Source of the DNA: Sphyrna mokarran
Lineage: Eukaryota
Assembly: GCA_024679065.1 (NCBI GenBank)
Contig: JAGIQG010000021.1
Location: forward strand, 30,256,001 to 30,320,000
Direction: 5' to 3'
DNA: 64,000 bases
A program made the translations under genes and the position numbers. The notes under the pieces were generated by a model, which had not been told where the DNA came from, ran no database searches, and worked only from the letters and a program-made list of their open reading frames with translations. Below are positions 1-13,500 of the stretch, one piece after another. How positions within the stretch are numbered: the first letter of the stretch is position 1; each line of letters starts with the position of its first letter.

Positions 1-1174
1 CCAAAATTAATCTCACCATTTTTGCAGAGCATTATAACAGGAGGCAAAAAGTGCAACATGATCTGTTCATAGGATTAAAGGAAACAAACTCAATCCATAT
101 TATGGAAATGTAAAGTCTCTCCTCCATCTTAACTCAGAACAGTCTCAGCTTCTTCTGGATGAATTTCCCACAAGCATTGAGGCTCAGGTTGTAGGCAATA
201 GAATCCATTCTTTTCGCTCCTGTGCTCAGTGACCTCTTACTGGCTTTGTGATTAATTCTAGATAGTGATGCTTCTTTACATCAGGATTCTGTGCTTTTTA
301 CATTGTTTACCACACAACCATTCATTTTGAAGTCTTGGTGGGCCCACATATAGCGTGAGGTCAAGCTTCCGCGATGAGTCTCATTCATAGAGAATGGATA
401 GGTAGACATTGCCTTTAGTTCAGGGGGGTTGTTACAGATGAACAGAGATGGGGAAAGGTGGAAGGATTTAGATCAGGATCTTTTTCAGAGTCTAAGAACG
501 GTGTTTGAAGGTTTTATCACCCTTGATGGGATGGTCAGAGGAAGATACTGAAATAAGTGGCAGAGACTCAGTATCAGTATTTCCTCAGTTTTTGTTTCCT
601 TTGAGAAAGATTACCATATAAAGTGAAACATTTTCATTTTGTGATAGTTACCAGATATGCAAAGTCCCTTCTCCCGCATATTTTAAAACAATGACAGGAA
701 TAAAAAGTAACTTTGTGTTATATCCGAATTTGCACTAAATTGGGGCACAAGAAACTGGAGTTTCTCTGTAATAGTTTGCGAGAAAGTAAGGATTTAAAAA
801 TGAAAATGTTGTTGGACAAATTGCTTTGAACATTCTTTTATCTGGTGATAATGGAAATGTGACACTGCCTGTAAAGGTGTTGGGGGGGGCGGTGGGGGCA
901 GGATCTGTTCTCCACATGGCTCACATAGAAAGCAGTGCTGGAGGGAGGATGTGCAGATAGAGCTATGCTGCATTTTCTGTATGCCCCAGGCACTCATGCC
1001 TCACCACCACAACTCAAACTCAGCCCACGCCTTGTTAATAGCAAATCTGCTTTGCCTCAGATAACAAGGAAACATTTGGAAAGGGATAAAATGGCTGGAA
1101 GCCCATTAAGAACCATTGATGCCATTTTTGAGGTCCTGCTTCAACTATCAGCAGAAGAAAGGGGTTTTCTCAGA

Positions 1175-1425
1175 GGGGTAGCAGGGCCGGGAGGATGGGG
1201 GAATGGGAGATGGGGTGGTGTGAGTGAGGAGTGAGAGATGGGGTGGGTGGGGGTGTTGGGAAATGGGGTGGGGGAGAACCGGGAGGGGGTTTGGGGGAAA
1301 TTGGGGTGGCAAGGGGGAATGGGGACTTGGTTTGGGTGTGAGGCCAGAGTGGGGGCAGGGATCGAGAGTTGGTGATTGGGTAAGGGGAGCGGTGAGTGGG
1401 GGTGGGAGGGAGAAAAGGGATGGAG
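1175..1425 (+). repeat. G-rich low-complexity tract
   Basis: Many GGG-GGGGG runs; source of spurious Pro/Gly-rich ORFs. Confidence 0.8.
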
Positions 1426-2993
1426 ATAATGACCCTGGCAATTGGGTAACATGGTTCATATAAACAGCTCTTGTCTGCCTAACGATTTGCTGCTAATGCT
1501 CTTTCTCCTTTTCTGTGTCGCTTCCGCGTCTTACTGTCCTGCTCATGTTAAGGAATGCAGCGTGCAACTAAATATCTAAAGACACTGTCAAAGCTGTGCA
1601 GAACAAGCTCCTCCATTTTAGAGACAGCAAAAGCATCACCAATAGTCTGTTCATTGATGCTCTTGGTGGGGGTTGTGGTTGGGTTCTTGACATGGGCCAC
1701 GAACATTGCTCAGAGAGATTCACACCAATTAGCCAACCTGAGATTCCATTGCCTGATTTAAATAGAGGCTGCACAGAAGATTGGCTCAGGATGCATTAAC
1801 CATGCCTGCTGGTGAGAAACCTGGCATAGACCTGGAGAGATGCAGCACTTCAGGCTGAGCAAAGCAGGATTCCTCTTTATTCAGCAAAACTGCAGCATGC
1901 TGATGGTAAAGCAGGCAATGGCTCAGTGTATGGAGTTGGAGAGATGAAATGTACTGCTCCATGATCTCACCTCAATCTGCGAAAGTAATACAGGGGCACT
2001 CCCAGCACAGAGAACATTGGAGACCTCCCAGATGCAGTGAAATGCAGCAAATTAGACAAGCAGCTGACCTCACCCTCCTGCAGCCTGGAAGGTGTCAACC
2101 ACATGAAGTTAAACTGCGCTGTGACCTTAAATGTTAATAGTCAATGCTACAGATGCCCCAGTACAAGTCTCACATTGTGGTTGTTATCGGTGATATAGCT
2201 CACCCAGTAACCTCATTGGTGAAGCAGTAACACTACATGCTGTCATTTAATGAATGTCAAGAGAAGAAAATGACTCTAGGTGAGGTGTTGTTTCACCCAC
2301 CACCTCCACTTCCCCCCCACCCCTCATCCCCTCATGTTCTCCCATGTCTGCTGATTGCACAATTTTTCATGGCTTGCCTGTCCTGCCACCAGAGAGCCCT
2401 TGCTGGCGGGAAAGGGCATAAAATCCCACTCTCTGTGTGTATGACCTTCCCCACAGTACTTTATCTATCACCTGCCCTCTCCTGCACTGCACTCCCTCAT
2501 CTTTCAGCCTCAAAGCAGACCACCCAGGCAATAATGAATGTTTTGTAAGCTTGCTTGGAACATATAACTGCTCTTTAATTCCTTTTGCACAACTGTACAT
2601 GGGGTAACATAAAGGGACCAACTTGTTTGTGGTCCAAGCAGGGACCTTTGGGTTGGAATGCAATAGCTTGGAGTGCAATAGAAATATATTGAAGGCAAAT
2701 CAAAACAGCTTAGTGAAAACATGGCCAAATGTCAGAATTCTGTTGGAAAACGTGGGACAAGAATACTTAGACGTATTAACCAGCAGCTTTATTTGTGAGA
2801 GAAACAGAAACTTACCCATGGCAGAGTGAATGAATGATGTGGAGATGCTGGCGTCGAAATAAACCCTTTGCTTGGTATTGTGCAGGCTCCATACTTGCTA
2901 ATAGCATTGGGACTTGCTGCATGAGTTTATCAGATATAATTAAACTAGTCAAGGGACACTGTTGTTTAGCAACAACAAATCTATTAAATTGTG

Positions 2994-3174
2994 TAGAACA
3001 TAGAACATTACAGCGCAGAACAGGCCCTTCGGCCTTCGATGTTGCGCTGACCAATTAGGAAAAAGCAATGACCCTCTAACCTAAACCATTCCCTTACCAC
3101 CCTTTGGGTAAAGAACCTACCTCTGACATCCGTCCTATAACTACCACCCCTTAATTTAAAGCTATGTCCCCTCG
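2994..3174 (-). mobile_element. Short CR1 3' fragment
   Basis: RGHSFKLRGG..FFTQRVV plus the ggccgaagggcctgtt tail on the minus strand. Confidence 0.8.
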
Positions 3175-3220
3175 TATATATATATGTATATGTATATATA
3201 TACATATATATATATGTGTA
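3175..3220. repeat. (TA)n-type microsatellite
   Basis: Direct reading. Confidence 0.9.
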
Positions 3221-4112
3221 TTTTGATAAGAGAAGTTATTTTTCTTTGGCATTCTTAATATTGCAGATTACATTTAGAAATGGTTACATGTCTAAAAGGT
3301 GTATTGTTTAATATGCATCATCTATATGAGGGAGAAACTTCTGCTTCAGAAAGCAGCATATGATGTACCTAGACAAAGAAAAATGTGTTTTTAAGATATA
3401 GTACAACAGCCATCTGCAGATAGAAATCAAATCTATAAACACAAAAATAATGATTAACATCAAACATATCAAAAGCACTGACCTTGATTTTTCTGTCAGG
3501 GTCTTTGTGCGTTATTAGATTTAACAGTAACTATTAATGAGGACAAAATCTCTCAACTGGAGTTAATGGTGATGACCAGAAAAAGTGAGGAGAAGTTTAC
3601 CCGTTATCTGACATGGCAAGTTCCTTGAAATCAAATATTTCAACAATTTTCGTCAGAAATGCCTATGGTTTTTAAAAATAATTTCTGAAAGGACAATTGT
3701 CAGAAAATGAAGTGTAATTTAGTCGCAGTCATTTCTGCTTTGGATGTTTGGTGTCCTTAAAATGAAGGTCCCCAAATTTATCTTTCTCATCCTCATTTAT
3801 GCAGCAAACAACCTACAATCTCTACCCCTAATCCCATTAAAGGCAACAAAATATTCATCCAACTCAACCTTTCACTCATCTAAATTCTGACCTCCTATCA
3901 CTGTGTGAGTGTCCATTTGATATCCCCATACCAAATTCATCATTTACTGACACCTGTCTTTGCCGCAGTCTCCCTGAAATTGCTAAGAGCTCAATTTACA
4001 TTGGCCACTTCTGTGCTCCTTTCAGATCTTTCCCCAGTCACACCTTCGTAAAAATGTCATCTTTAAACCCTTTGCCTCTGTCAACAATTATCAGAAGTTG
4101 AACCAACAGAAG

Positions 4113-4330
4113 AGTGTGCATATGTGTATGAGGTTGTGTGTGAGTGATGAGATTGTGTGTTATGAGAGTGTGTGTGCATGTGCATGTGTATGTGTGTGTG
4201 TGTGTGTGTGTGAATGAGAGTGTGTTGTGAATGTATGTGAGAGCAAGTGTGTCTGTGAGTGAGTGTGTGTGTATAGGTGAGTGTGCATGTCCAGGTGAGA
4301 GTTTGTGTGGCTGAATGAGAGTGTGTGAGA
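4113..4330. repeat. Degenerate (GT/GA)n tract
   Basis: Direct reading. Confidence 0.9.
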
Positions 4331-5000
4331 TTCCAGATCCGTAGGACTCTTAAATTGACCTCGTAGGTAGAGGATGTGATTAAGAAGCTATGGTGTACTG
4401 GCCTTCATCAATCAAGGGATTGAATTTAGGAGTCAGGAGATAATGCTGCACCTTTATAAGACCCTTGCCAGACCCCACCTGGAGTACTGTGCTCAATTCT
4501 GGTCACCTCATTACAGGAGGGATGTGGAAGCTATTGAAAGGGTGCAGAGGAGATTTACAAGGATGTTGCCTGGATTGGGTGGCATGCCTTTTGAAGATAG
4601 GTTGAGGGAACTCGGTCTTTTCTCCTTGGAGAGACGAAGGATGAGAGGTGATAGAGTGTATAAGATGTTGAGAGGTATTGATCGAGTGGATTCTCAGAGA
4701 CTTTTTCCCAGGACTGAAATGGTTGTTATGACAGGACATAGGTTTAAGGTGTAGGGGAGGAGGTACAGAGGAGATGTCAGGAGTAAGTTTTTCACTCAGT
4801 GACGGGTGAGTGCATGGAATTGGCTGCCATCGGTGGTGGTGGAGACTAATCTGATATGGTCTTTTAAGAGACTTCTGGATGAGTACATGGGACTTAATAG
4901 GATTGAAGGTTATAGATAAGCCTAGTAGGCAGCGATATGATTGGTGCAACTTGTGTGCAGAAGGGCCTGTTTGTGCTGTAGTTTTTCTATGTTCTATGTT
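4328..5000 (+). mobile_element. CR1 3' fragment
   Basis: ORF 4443-4754 RPHLEYCAQFWSP..RVQRRFTRM; ttctatgttctatg tail. Confidence 0.92.
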
Positions 5001-5006
5001 TTACTG

Positions 5007-5134
5007 TGGAGTGAATTTTCCCATTCTACCCGCCACAGGAATCATAGCGGGTGAGAGGCGGATCACGCAAAGATCCATTGACCTCAGGTGTAATTTTCCA
5101 GTTTCAGTGTGAGCGCAGCCGGAAAATTCCACCC
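5007..5134. mobile_element. MITE-like element of about 125 bp with short TIRs (relatives at about 5190-5295 and 13438-13549)
   Basis: ggagtgaattttcc ... ggaaaattccaccc termini and shared ccattgacct core. Confidence 0.6.
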
Positions 5135-5294
5135 TGTGTGTGAGTAAGAGTCAGTTTGGATGTATGAGCAAGAGTATGTTTGAGACTGTGGGGCAAATTT
5201 TTCTCTTCTGCTCACCACAGGAATTGGAGCAGGAGAGCGACAGATCATGGCAAGGTCCATTGACCTCAGGTGGGATTTTCCGGTTTTGGAGCGA

Positions 5295-5780
5295 GTGTTG
5301 TTGGAGCTGTACCCATCTAGGCAAATGAGGAGTATCCCATCACAGTCTTGACTTGTGCCTTGTAGATGATTGACAGGCTTTGGGGAATCAGAAAGTGAGT
5401 TACTCGCTGGAATATTCTTAGCCTGTGACCTGCTGTTGGAGCCACCGTATTTATGTAATGAGTCCAGTTGATTTTCTGGTCAATGGTAACCCCAAAATAT
5501 TGACAGTGTGGGATTCAGTGATAGTTACACCATTGAATGTCAAGAGAAAGCGGTTAGTATGTCTTTTTTTGGTGATGATCAATTGGCTGGCATTTATGTG
5601 GTATGAGTATTACTTGTCACCCCAAGCCTGGATGTTGTCCAGACTTGTTGCATTTAAACATGGACTGCTTCATTATCTAAGGAGTCATGAATAGCGCTGA
5701 ACATTGTGCAATCATTGGCAAACATCCCACTTCTGACCTTATAACAGAAGGAAGCAGCTGAAGGTGGTTGCGTCGAGGAC
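5295..5780 (-). mobile_element. Old non-LTR RT fragment (YKAQVxxVMxYS type); related pieces at about 14070-14270, 14780-15950 and 16760-16950
   Basis: Reverse complement encodes IYKAQVKTVMGYSSFA..GTAPT and NILGLPLTR-like remnants. Confidence 0.65.
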
Positions 5781-5909
5781 ACATATCTTTTTGGTAGCTG
5801 TCAAGTGAAAGAAGTAATGGCAGCTCAGAATTCACACTTGGTACAAATGTAGTTAAGTTTAAATGAGGATAGTTTCTTCCTTGTAATTTATTTCATTAAC
5901 AGTGAGAGG

Positions 5910-6212
5910 ATGGCAGCACGGTGACACAGTCATTAGCACTGCTGCCTCACCAGTGATCCAGGTTCAATTCTGATCACTATCTGTGTGGAGTTTGTACATT
6001 CTGCCTGTTTCTGCGTGAGTTTCCTCCAGTGCTCCGGTTTCCTCTCATACTCCAAAGATGTATAAGTTGAGTTGCTTGGCCATGCTAAATTGACCTAGTG
6101 ACAGGTGGATTAGCAGGTTAAATATGTGGGATTGCGGAGGTATGGCCTGGATGGGACTGTGGCCAGTGTAGAGTCGATAGGTCAAATGGCCTCCTTCTGC
6201 ACTATGGGGATT
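5910..6212 (+). mobile_element. HE1/V-SINE-type tRNA-derived SINE
   Basis: ggcagcacggtg.cacagt head, B-box-like ggttcaattc, gtgtggagtttg..ggtttcctc core, CR1-like tail. Confidence 0.85.
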
Positions 6213-6254
6213 GAATAAAATGGAGATTGTTCTCCCTGGAAAGATGGGGAATAT

Positions 6255-6600
6255 GAGGGGTATAGATTGGGTGAAAAGTTGGAAGCTTTTTCCCAGGGTA
6301 GAAATGACAATTACAAGGCACAAAAGCTGAAGATAAATGAGGGGAGGGAGAGAAGGTTGAGTGGAGATGTGTGGGGGACGTTTTTTACACAGAGAGTGAT
6401 GAGAATCTAGAATGCACTGCCAAATGAGGTGGTTAAGCCAGTTGCGTTAGCCACATTTAAGATTTATCTTGATAGGCATATGAACAAATGGGGAATAGAG
6501 GGATATAAGTGGTTGCTTTAGATAGATAAACACGGCTGGCGCAGACTTGGAGGGTCAAAGGATCTGTTCCTGTGCTGTTCTGTTCTTTGTTCTTGTCCTT
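6255..6600 (+). mobile_element. CR1 3' fragment
   Basis: FFTQRV..NALP coding remnant and tgttct tail. Confidence 0.75.
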
Positions 6601-7961
6601 TGATTCTATGCTTTGAATTGCACAAATTTGAATTGCAGTAGATGAAAGAACTATGTGGCCACATTGTGTCGCTCTGTAGCATGTCAACAGGAAACATCTG
6701 AGAAGTGTGGAATATGATGCTGGTACATGATGAGCTTTTAGTTTTGGGCAGGTTGCTTGGGGAGATTTTGGTCAGGCATTAACTCTACTGTTGGAAGTTT
6801 GGAATACTAACCATTCTGTTCTTTGTGCATATTCTGCCCTTTAACTCATCAGCAACTCCAGCAAGACAATTAAGAGGCATGGATCCTTCCGTTTTGCTGA
6901 AGGAGTTGTTATGTCAAAAAGAAATTAAAATTGGTTAAGAATTGTAAATAATATAGAATAGTTCAACCTTCATGTTGCATGCAAAAGCAAAACTCTGTGT
7001 GACTCTTTCACAAACTAACAAATTGGAACCAAATGCAGATTGGTCAGAATGTGTCAAAGTTAAATTCCTTTTTGTCACCAAACGGTGATAATAAACTAAA
7101 GTGATAATCTGATGTAATCCACCTTGCTCAGTGTTTAGATCAAAAATAACTCCACCCTCTGTACTTCTCACATTTCTAAGGAAAATCACATAAACCCCTT
7201 GTTGAAGACATTATGAAAAGAAATCATTAGTTTATTTTATTTTACCTTTGCAAAGCACTCAAAATGTGTTAATACATTAAGTGGACTACAACAGGAAAAT
7301 ATATCACTGCAAGTATGCTCAAAAAGTATTTAGAATTAGAACACTGATGTCTGATAGCAAGATGCCAGTTAAAAAAGTCATCTTAAAAACATTGCATGGA
7401 AAAAGGAAACCACAGCTAGCTCAGAGCTAATGAGAGTTCATGATTGACTGTAAAGCTTGACTATCTTCTCTGCAAGAAAACATTACCACAGAACACTCGA
7501 ATTTTTATTTTTTGTTAGCCACTTTGATTGCCTCTCAGTAAGAAACGTAACAGATATGGAAAGGGCAAATGTTGTATCTATGCAATTATTATACATGTAG
7601 ATACAGAGAGTTTCCATGGTGATTGCTCACCCCCTTGACTACTTGTCAGGTAAAACAGAGTGGTTTTCTTCTCAAACCGGAGATTACAGCAATATTAAAA
7701 GTTTCCAAACCCACAGCACGTTTGTGGTTGATTTGCTATTGGGTCACTATATGTAGTGTGAAGGTATCAGGAGAGACGCAATACATTGATGTACTAGTTT
7801 AGTCTACTGAAGATCAGGAGGATGCAGGTTTATCTTTCTAAAGATGGCCCTGAGCTTAGCTCTGGTGTCTATCAGTGAGAGAACGTGAATAAAAAGTGCT
7901 TTCCTGTACAATGGGAGCAAAATCAAATCACAAGCTTTTTCTAGTCACAAGTCCTGCAATA

Positions 7962-8255
7962 TCATAGAATTTTTATTTTGCAGAGGGAGGCCATTCAGTC
8001 CATCGAGACTGTATTGACAACAATCCCACCTAGGCCTAACCCTACAACATCATTTATTTATGTTGCTAATACCCTTGACATTAATTTATCATGGTCAATC
8101 TACCGAACTGGCACATTTTTGGACTGTGGGAGGAAACTCATGCAGACATGTGGAGAAATGTGCAAGCTCTACACAGATAGTTACCCTGGACTGGAACTAA
8201 GCCGGGTGTCTGGCACTGTGAGACAGCAGGCCTGGTCACTATGCCACCATACTGC
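7962..8255 (-). mobile_element. HE1/V-SINE-type SINE
   Basis: Reverse-complement core tttggactgtgggaggaaac. Confidence 0.75.
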
Positions 8256-9516
8256 TCTTAGCACAAATCCCAAAAGAGGTTGCAGTTTCTATGTTAGTTC
8301 AGAGAGGTATGTGGGAGTGACAGAGGAAAAAATCTGCATTTAGCAAAAAATAATACATTTTTATATCATAATACTTAAAGGTGATTATTTCTTCTAAATC
8401 TGATAGGTTAGGCTGAATGTAGTTGATAAAGTAATGTTATGTTAAAGCATAAAACATGCTGCACATGAAAAGACAAGATACATACAAAAGTTCACATAGT
8501 TACTGACACTAATAGCACAATGCAGACATTGCATAGGAAGTAAAAAGAAAATGTAATTTAAATTAAACAAGGACACCACTGAGAAATTGTGGTATGGCTG
8601 ACATTTTGCAGTTAGCTTCAACAACACACTAGTTGTCATTACTGATGTCCACATTTCCTGAACTTGTTTTTCAATGCCATTCTATACAATGTCATTCTTC
8701 TATACAGTTTTTGCACAAGCCTCCAAAGTAACAATGACTTTGGTTTCTAATTCAGTAAATTCTTAATATACTCTTTGGATATTAAGAACAAAGAAATTTT
8801 GTTAACAAGCTTATAAAACTCCTCAAAACTGCAGCTTTTAAAACTCCTATAAAACTCCTTATAAAACTCTCAAAACTACAGGTAGATATTGGTTGTTCAG
8901 TCCGCCTGCAGTACTATAGAGTTTTTTTTTCAAATCAGGCCGTTGTTGAGATGTACCTTTTGAATTAAATGGAGAAACCTCGTGAAGCATGAAAGGCATT
9001 TGCTCAAGGAATCAGCGAGGTGTAAAAGATTCTGACTCACAGTATAAGGGGGCATCAATCTGAGCTTTTTAAACAGCATTAGATTCTCGATGAAGGGAGG
9101 AAATGGAAGAGTCAAGAAATGCTACAATTTTGGTATTGTGGAAAAGGAATGAGAGAAGATTCTATAATAAATGGTGCGTCAATGTTGGAGAGCATGAATG
9201 AAATTGAGAAAGGTCACTAGCTGTAATATATCTGGGGATTGAGAGACAAATAGCTAATTCAAAGAAGCTATGATAGAGCAATAATAAGAGGAAGATGACA
9301 AATTGGAGATGAAACAAACAACACAATGCAGTTATAATTGAAATAAATATCCCAATTGAAATATTTTCAAAATTTAAAGTTATCCAACCATTTCCATTTT
9401 AAAATGCAAACTTCTGAGTAGGCCGCAGAGATTTATTTAATTAGTTTCCATTACCTGAATCACAAAAAAAACACAAAAACTTTAAGTTTTAAATTAATTT
9501 AAGTTTATCATCAGCA

Positions 9517-9852
9517 TCATAGATTCCTTACATTGCAGAAGGAGGCTATTCGGCCATTGTGTCTGCACCAACTCGCAAAGAGAGCATTTTATCTGGCCTA
9601 TTCCCGTAACTTAATTTATTCCGATAATCCCCCTAATCTGCATTTCTTTGAATACTAAATGGCAATTGAGGGTGGCCAATCCACCTAATCTGCATATCTT
9701 TGGACTGTGGAAGGAAACTGGAGCACCGGGAGGAAACCCATGCAGACTCAGGGAGAATGTGTAAACTCCACACAGTCACCCAAGGCTAGAATAGAATGAG
9801 AGTCCCTGATGCTGTGAGGTGCGAGTGTTAACCATGTGCCATCATGATGCCT
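9517..9852 (-). mobile_element. HE1/V-SINE-type SINE
   Basis: Same core and head in reverse orientation. Confidence 0.8.
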
Positions 9853-10420
9853 AGTTCATGATTGATTAATGAAGCAAGTTATCTACCACCTAAAGTATAC
9901 GTCTCACATATATTACTTGAAAGTTTATTTAGCATATTTGCGTGTCAGTTTACATCCACTATTCTTCAAGAAGTCGATTAAGGATTCTTGTGCTACTGAC
10001 AATAGGCACAGATTAAAGATTAGATATTTTTCAAAGGCTTCTGTGACATCCTTTATAAAAAGTGTGGAGATGCCTGACAACAGAAGAGACTTAAAAGCAG
10101 TGAGAGGAGAGGAAAGGGGAGAGAAAGAGAATTTTTCAGTGAGATATGAATAACATTTGCTCCCTCCCCTCCTGTTCAAATTGTATGTTGTTCTATCATA
10201 ATATACTTGTGACATATGTACAAGCGGCAGCTTCTATTAAGCAGGCAGCACTGCTGTATGGAAATAGTACTTGATTTGACTTTAACAAACTCTTATATTG
10301 CAAAAAGAGTTGCATAAGAATGTTATGACTACATTGATATACTTTAGCTAATAACAAAAGTACTGTCCGTGCTCCAGGTTGATGTTTCTTGCAAGGAAAT
10401 TAACATAATTCATCTGAAGA

Positions 10421-10522
10421 TTAACGTCCTGTGCTTTGAGTTCGCACCAGGTTCATATCTTCATACACTGAGTTTGGAACTCTTGCACGCATTGGCTGGT
10501 CATGATGGCACTTTCTCTTCAA
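10421..10522 (-). CDS. CD7: CD7-like exon 4, cytoplasmic tail (LKRKCHHDQPMRARVPNSVYEDMNLVRTQSTGR*)
   Basis: Acceptor gttttcttctttag|, phase 0, YEDM (YxxM) motif, TAA at 10423-10421; candidate AATAAA at 9929-9924. Confidence 0.88.
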   Translation of the reverse strand: MKRKCHHDQPMRARVPNSVYEDMNLVRTQSTGR

Positions 10523-13500
10523 CTAAAGAAGAAAACACATTTTTAGAAAAACAACATTTCTTTGAATTGTTATTTCAATTTCTAATTGGAGAACACTGGT
10601 CCCAAGAGAAAACTGAAAGATCCCAGAAATGTTCATTCAAGGGTAGCACTATAGCTATTGATGTATTCTACTTTATCGTAAAAAGACAAATTTCCACGTT
10701 ATTTACCATTGCCTTTGTAATGTTACAGGGAGTCCCTAGAGATTCACAGCTACAGTGTGCCCCCAAGACAGAAATGTTTGAGATTCACAGAATTAAACAT
10801 CTGTATAAATGACACAAGGAATTGCAGGAATCAGAATGAGCATTGCAGTTGAAGACACTCTCACCCTCTCCACCCATATCAATCAGAAAGCAGTGAGGTT
10901 CTGAGGAGAGGAGAATTGCCATACTTAGCTTACCTAACTGTAAAATGCTCATTCCTTATTTTATGTCCCCGGAATCTTTAATTTTCAACAATGAGTTCAG
11001 CAGTAAATCAAATCCTATGTTCAATAATAGTGAGGCAGACACACTTGTGGGTGTGTACTATGGGCTCCCCAACAAGCAGGATTGAAGATTAAATATGTAA
11101 TCAAATTTCAGAAATGTGTTGGAACATTAGAGCAGCAAATTTTAGAGGATTTTAACTACCCAAGTATTAACTGGGACAGTTTTAGTGTGCAAGGTAGGAA
11201 GGGAGCAAAATTCTTAACTTGCATCAGGAGAACTTTTTAAGCCAGTACATAGAAAGCCCAACAAGTCAAGGAGCAATTCTGGACTAAATATTTGGAAATG
11301 AGCCCGGGTAGGTGAAAGGTCTATCAGACAGTGATCACAATTCAACTAGATTTAGAATGGTTATGGAAAAGGATTAGGAAGGGCTGGAAATAAAAGTTCT
11401 TAAATGGAGAAAATCTAATTTAATTAAGGTAAAATACAATTTGACACAAGTGTATTGGGAGCAGTTACTTAGAGATAAAACTTTGTCAGAGCAGTGGGAA
11501 GAGATAGAATATAGGGCATATATGTTCCCACAAAGGCAAAGAACATGACAAAGAGCAGAGAACCTTTGATATCAAGAGACTTCATCAGCTTCAAAACCTC
11601 TCTAGTCACAGGTGAAGTGAGAACTCAGTAAGAATTTAGCAACACCAATTTTTAATCCAACCAATTTATTTGATAGTAAAATTGCGAGCTTTCAACACTC
11701 TGTGTCTTCCTCAGGCAAATGCAGTGTTCTGAGGAAGACACAGAGTGTTGAAAGCTCGCAATTTTACTATCAAATAAATCGGTTGGATTAAAAATTGGTG
11801 TTGCTAAATTCTTACTGAGTTCTTACCACCTCAATCCAACGCCGGCATCTTTACATCACAGGTGAAGTGTCAGAGAATTGCAAATGTTGTCCCATTAAAA
11901 AAAATAGGGAGATAGGGGTAGACCAGGAAATTACAAGCCAGTCAAGCTAACCTCAGTGTTAGAGAAGTTACAAAAAATAATTCTGAGGGACAGAATTTAT
12001 TGCCCTTGGATAAACATGAATTAATCTGGGATAGTTAGCATGGATTTTGTTAAAGGAGTGTCATTTTTAACAAATTTAATTGAATTTTTTGAAGAAGTAA
12101 CCAGGATTATTGATGAGGGTGATGCATTTAATGCTGTCTGTATGGACTTCAACAAAGTTTTAGATAAAATCCTTCATGGCAGATTATCAAGAAAGTAAAG
12201 GGCCATGGGATCCAAGGTAAAGTAATACATTGGACCCAAGATCTGCTGAGTGATAGGAAGCAGAAGGTGGTGGCTGAGGACTGCTTCTGTGACTGGAAGT
12301 CCGTTTCCAGTAGGCTTCTGCAGAGCTCGATGCTGCGGCCCTTGTTACTGTGATGCAGATTACTGATTTGGACTTAAATGTATGGGCTATAATTACAAAG
12401 TTCATGAATGACATGAAAATTGGTGGGGTGGTAAAAAATGAGGAGGATAACCATAGACTGCAACATGATATCAAAGACTGGGCAGAACAGTGGCAAATGA
12501 AATTCAACCTAGAAAAGTGTGAAGTAATGCACTTGGGGAGAGCTAACAAGCCAAAAGATTACACTACGAATGGTAGGACTATGGAAATTACTGATGATCA
12601 GAGGTGCATTGGAGTGCATGTTCACAGATCCCTGATTGTGGCAGGGCATGTGGATGAGATTGTTAATATGGAATATGGGATACTTGTCTTTATTAGATGA
12701 GGTATAGAATACAAGAGAAGGAAGGTCATTCTGGAAGTGTATAAAATGTTGATAGGACTACATCTGGCATACTGTGTGATGTTCTGGACACCACATTATA
12801 GGAAGGTTGTGATTGCACTGGAAAGGATGCAAAAGAGATGTTGCCTGAGTTATGAGGAAAGATTGGATAGGCTGAGGTTATTTTCCTTGGAGCAGTGAAG
12901 ATTGAGGGGAGACCTGATGGATGTGTATAAAAGTATGAAGGGCTTAGATAGAGTGGATAGGAAGGCACTTTTTCCATCAGGGGAGATTTCAATAACCAGG
13001 GGGTATAATTTTAAGTTAAGAGGTAAAAGTCTAAGAGTGGAGTTGAGGAGAAACTGTGGTGAGAGTCTGGAACTCATTGCCTGAAAGGATGATTGAGTCA
13101 GAAACTCTTTTGCCATTTAACGGGTATTTAGATATTCACTTGATATTCAACAATCCATATCATCATGCCCAGAATTGCACTCCACAGATTATTTTTGAAT
13201 TCTTTCATGGTACGTTGATGAGAATGATACATCGAGCATTTGTTGCTCAAATTCTTAATTTTCAAGGTATTGAGATAGTCAGTCAGACTCTTGTCTAAGA
13301 CTGGTTTGTTTTTCTTTGATTTCATGTGGGTTAGGTTCATTTCTCAATCACAAATCTGTTGTTTAAAAAGGATGGAGTTTTGAGAGCAACAAAAGATTTG
13401 GGCTGCTAGAAATTTTTAGAAATGATTCAGACAAAGTGGGCGAGATTTTCCAAGCGTGCTTGCCCCGAAACCAGAAAATCTCACCCAAGGTCAATAGATT

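Noticed and set aside
935-1463. Overlapping Pro/Gly/Trp-rich ORFs and a possible G-quadruplex; MAGSPLRTIDAIFEVLLQ faintly like a Harbinger Myb/SANT start
   Set aside because: Products of a G-rich low-complexity tract; no splice-consistent gene model, and the Myb similarity is too weak to call.
10369-10812. 147-aa plus-strand ORF
   Set aside because: Antisense to CD7 exon 4 with no recognisable domain; likely a chance ORF.
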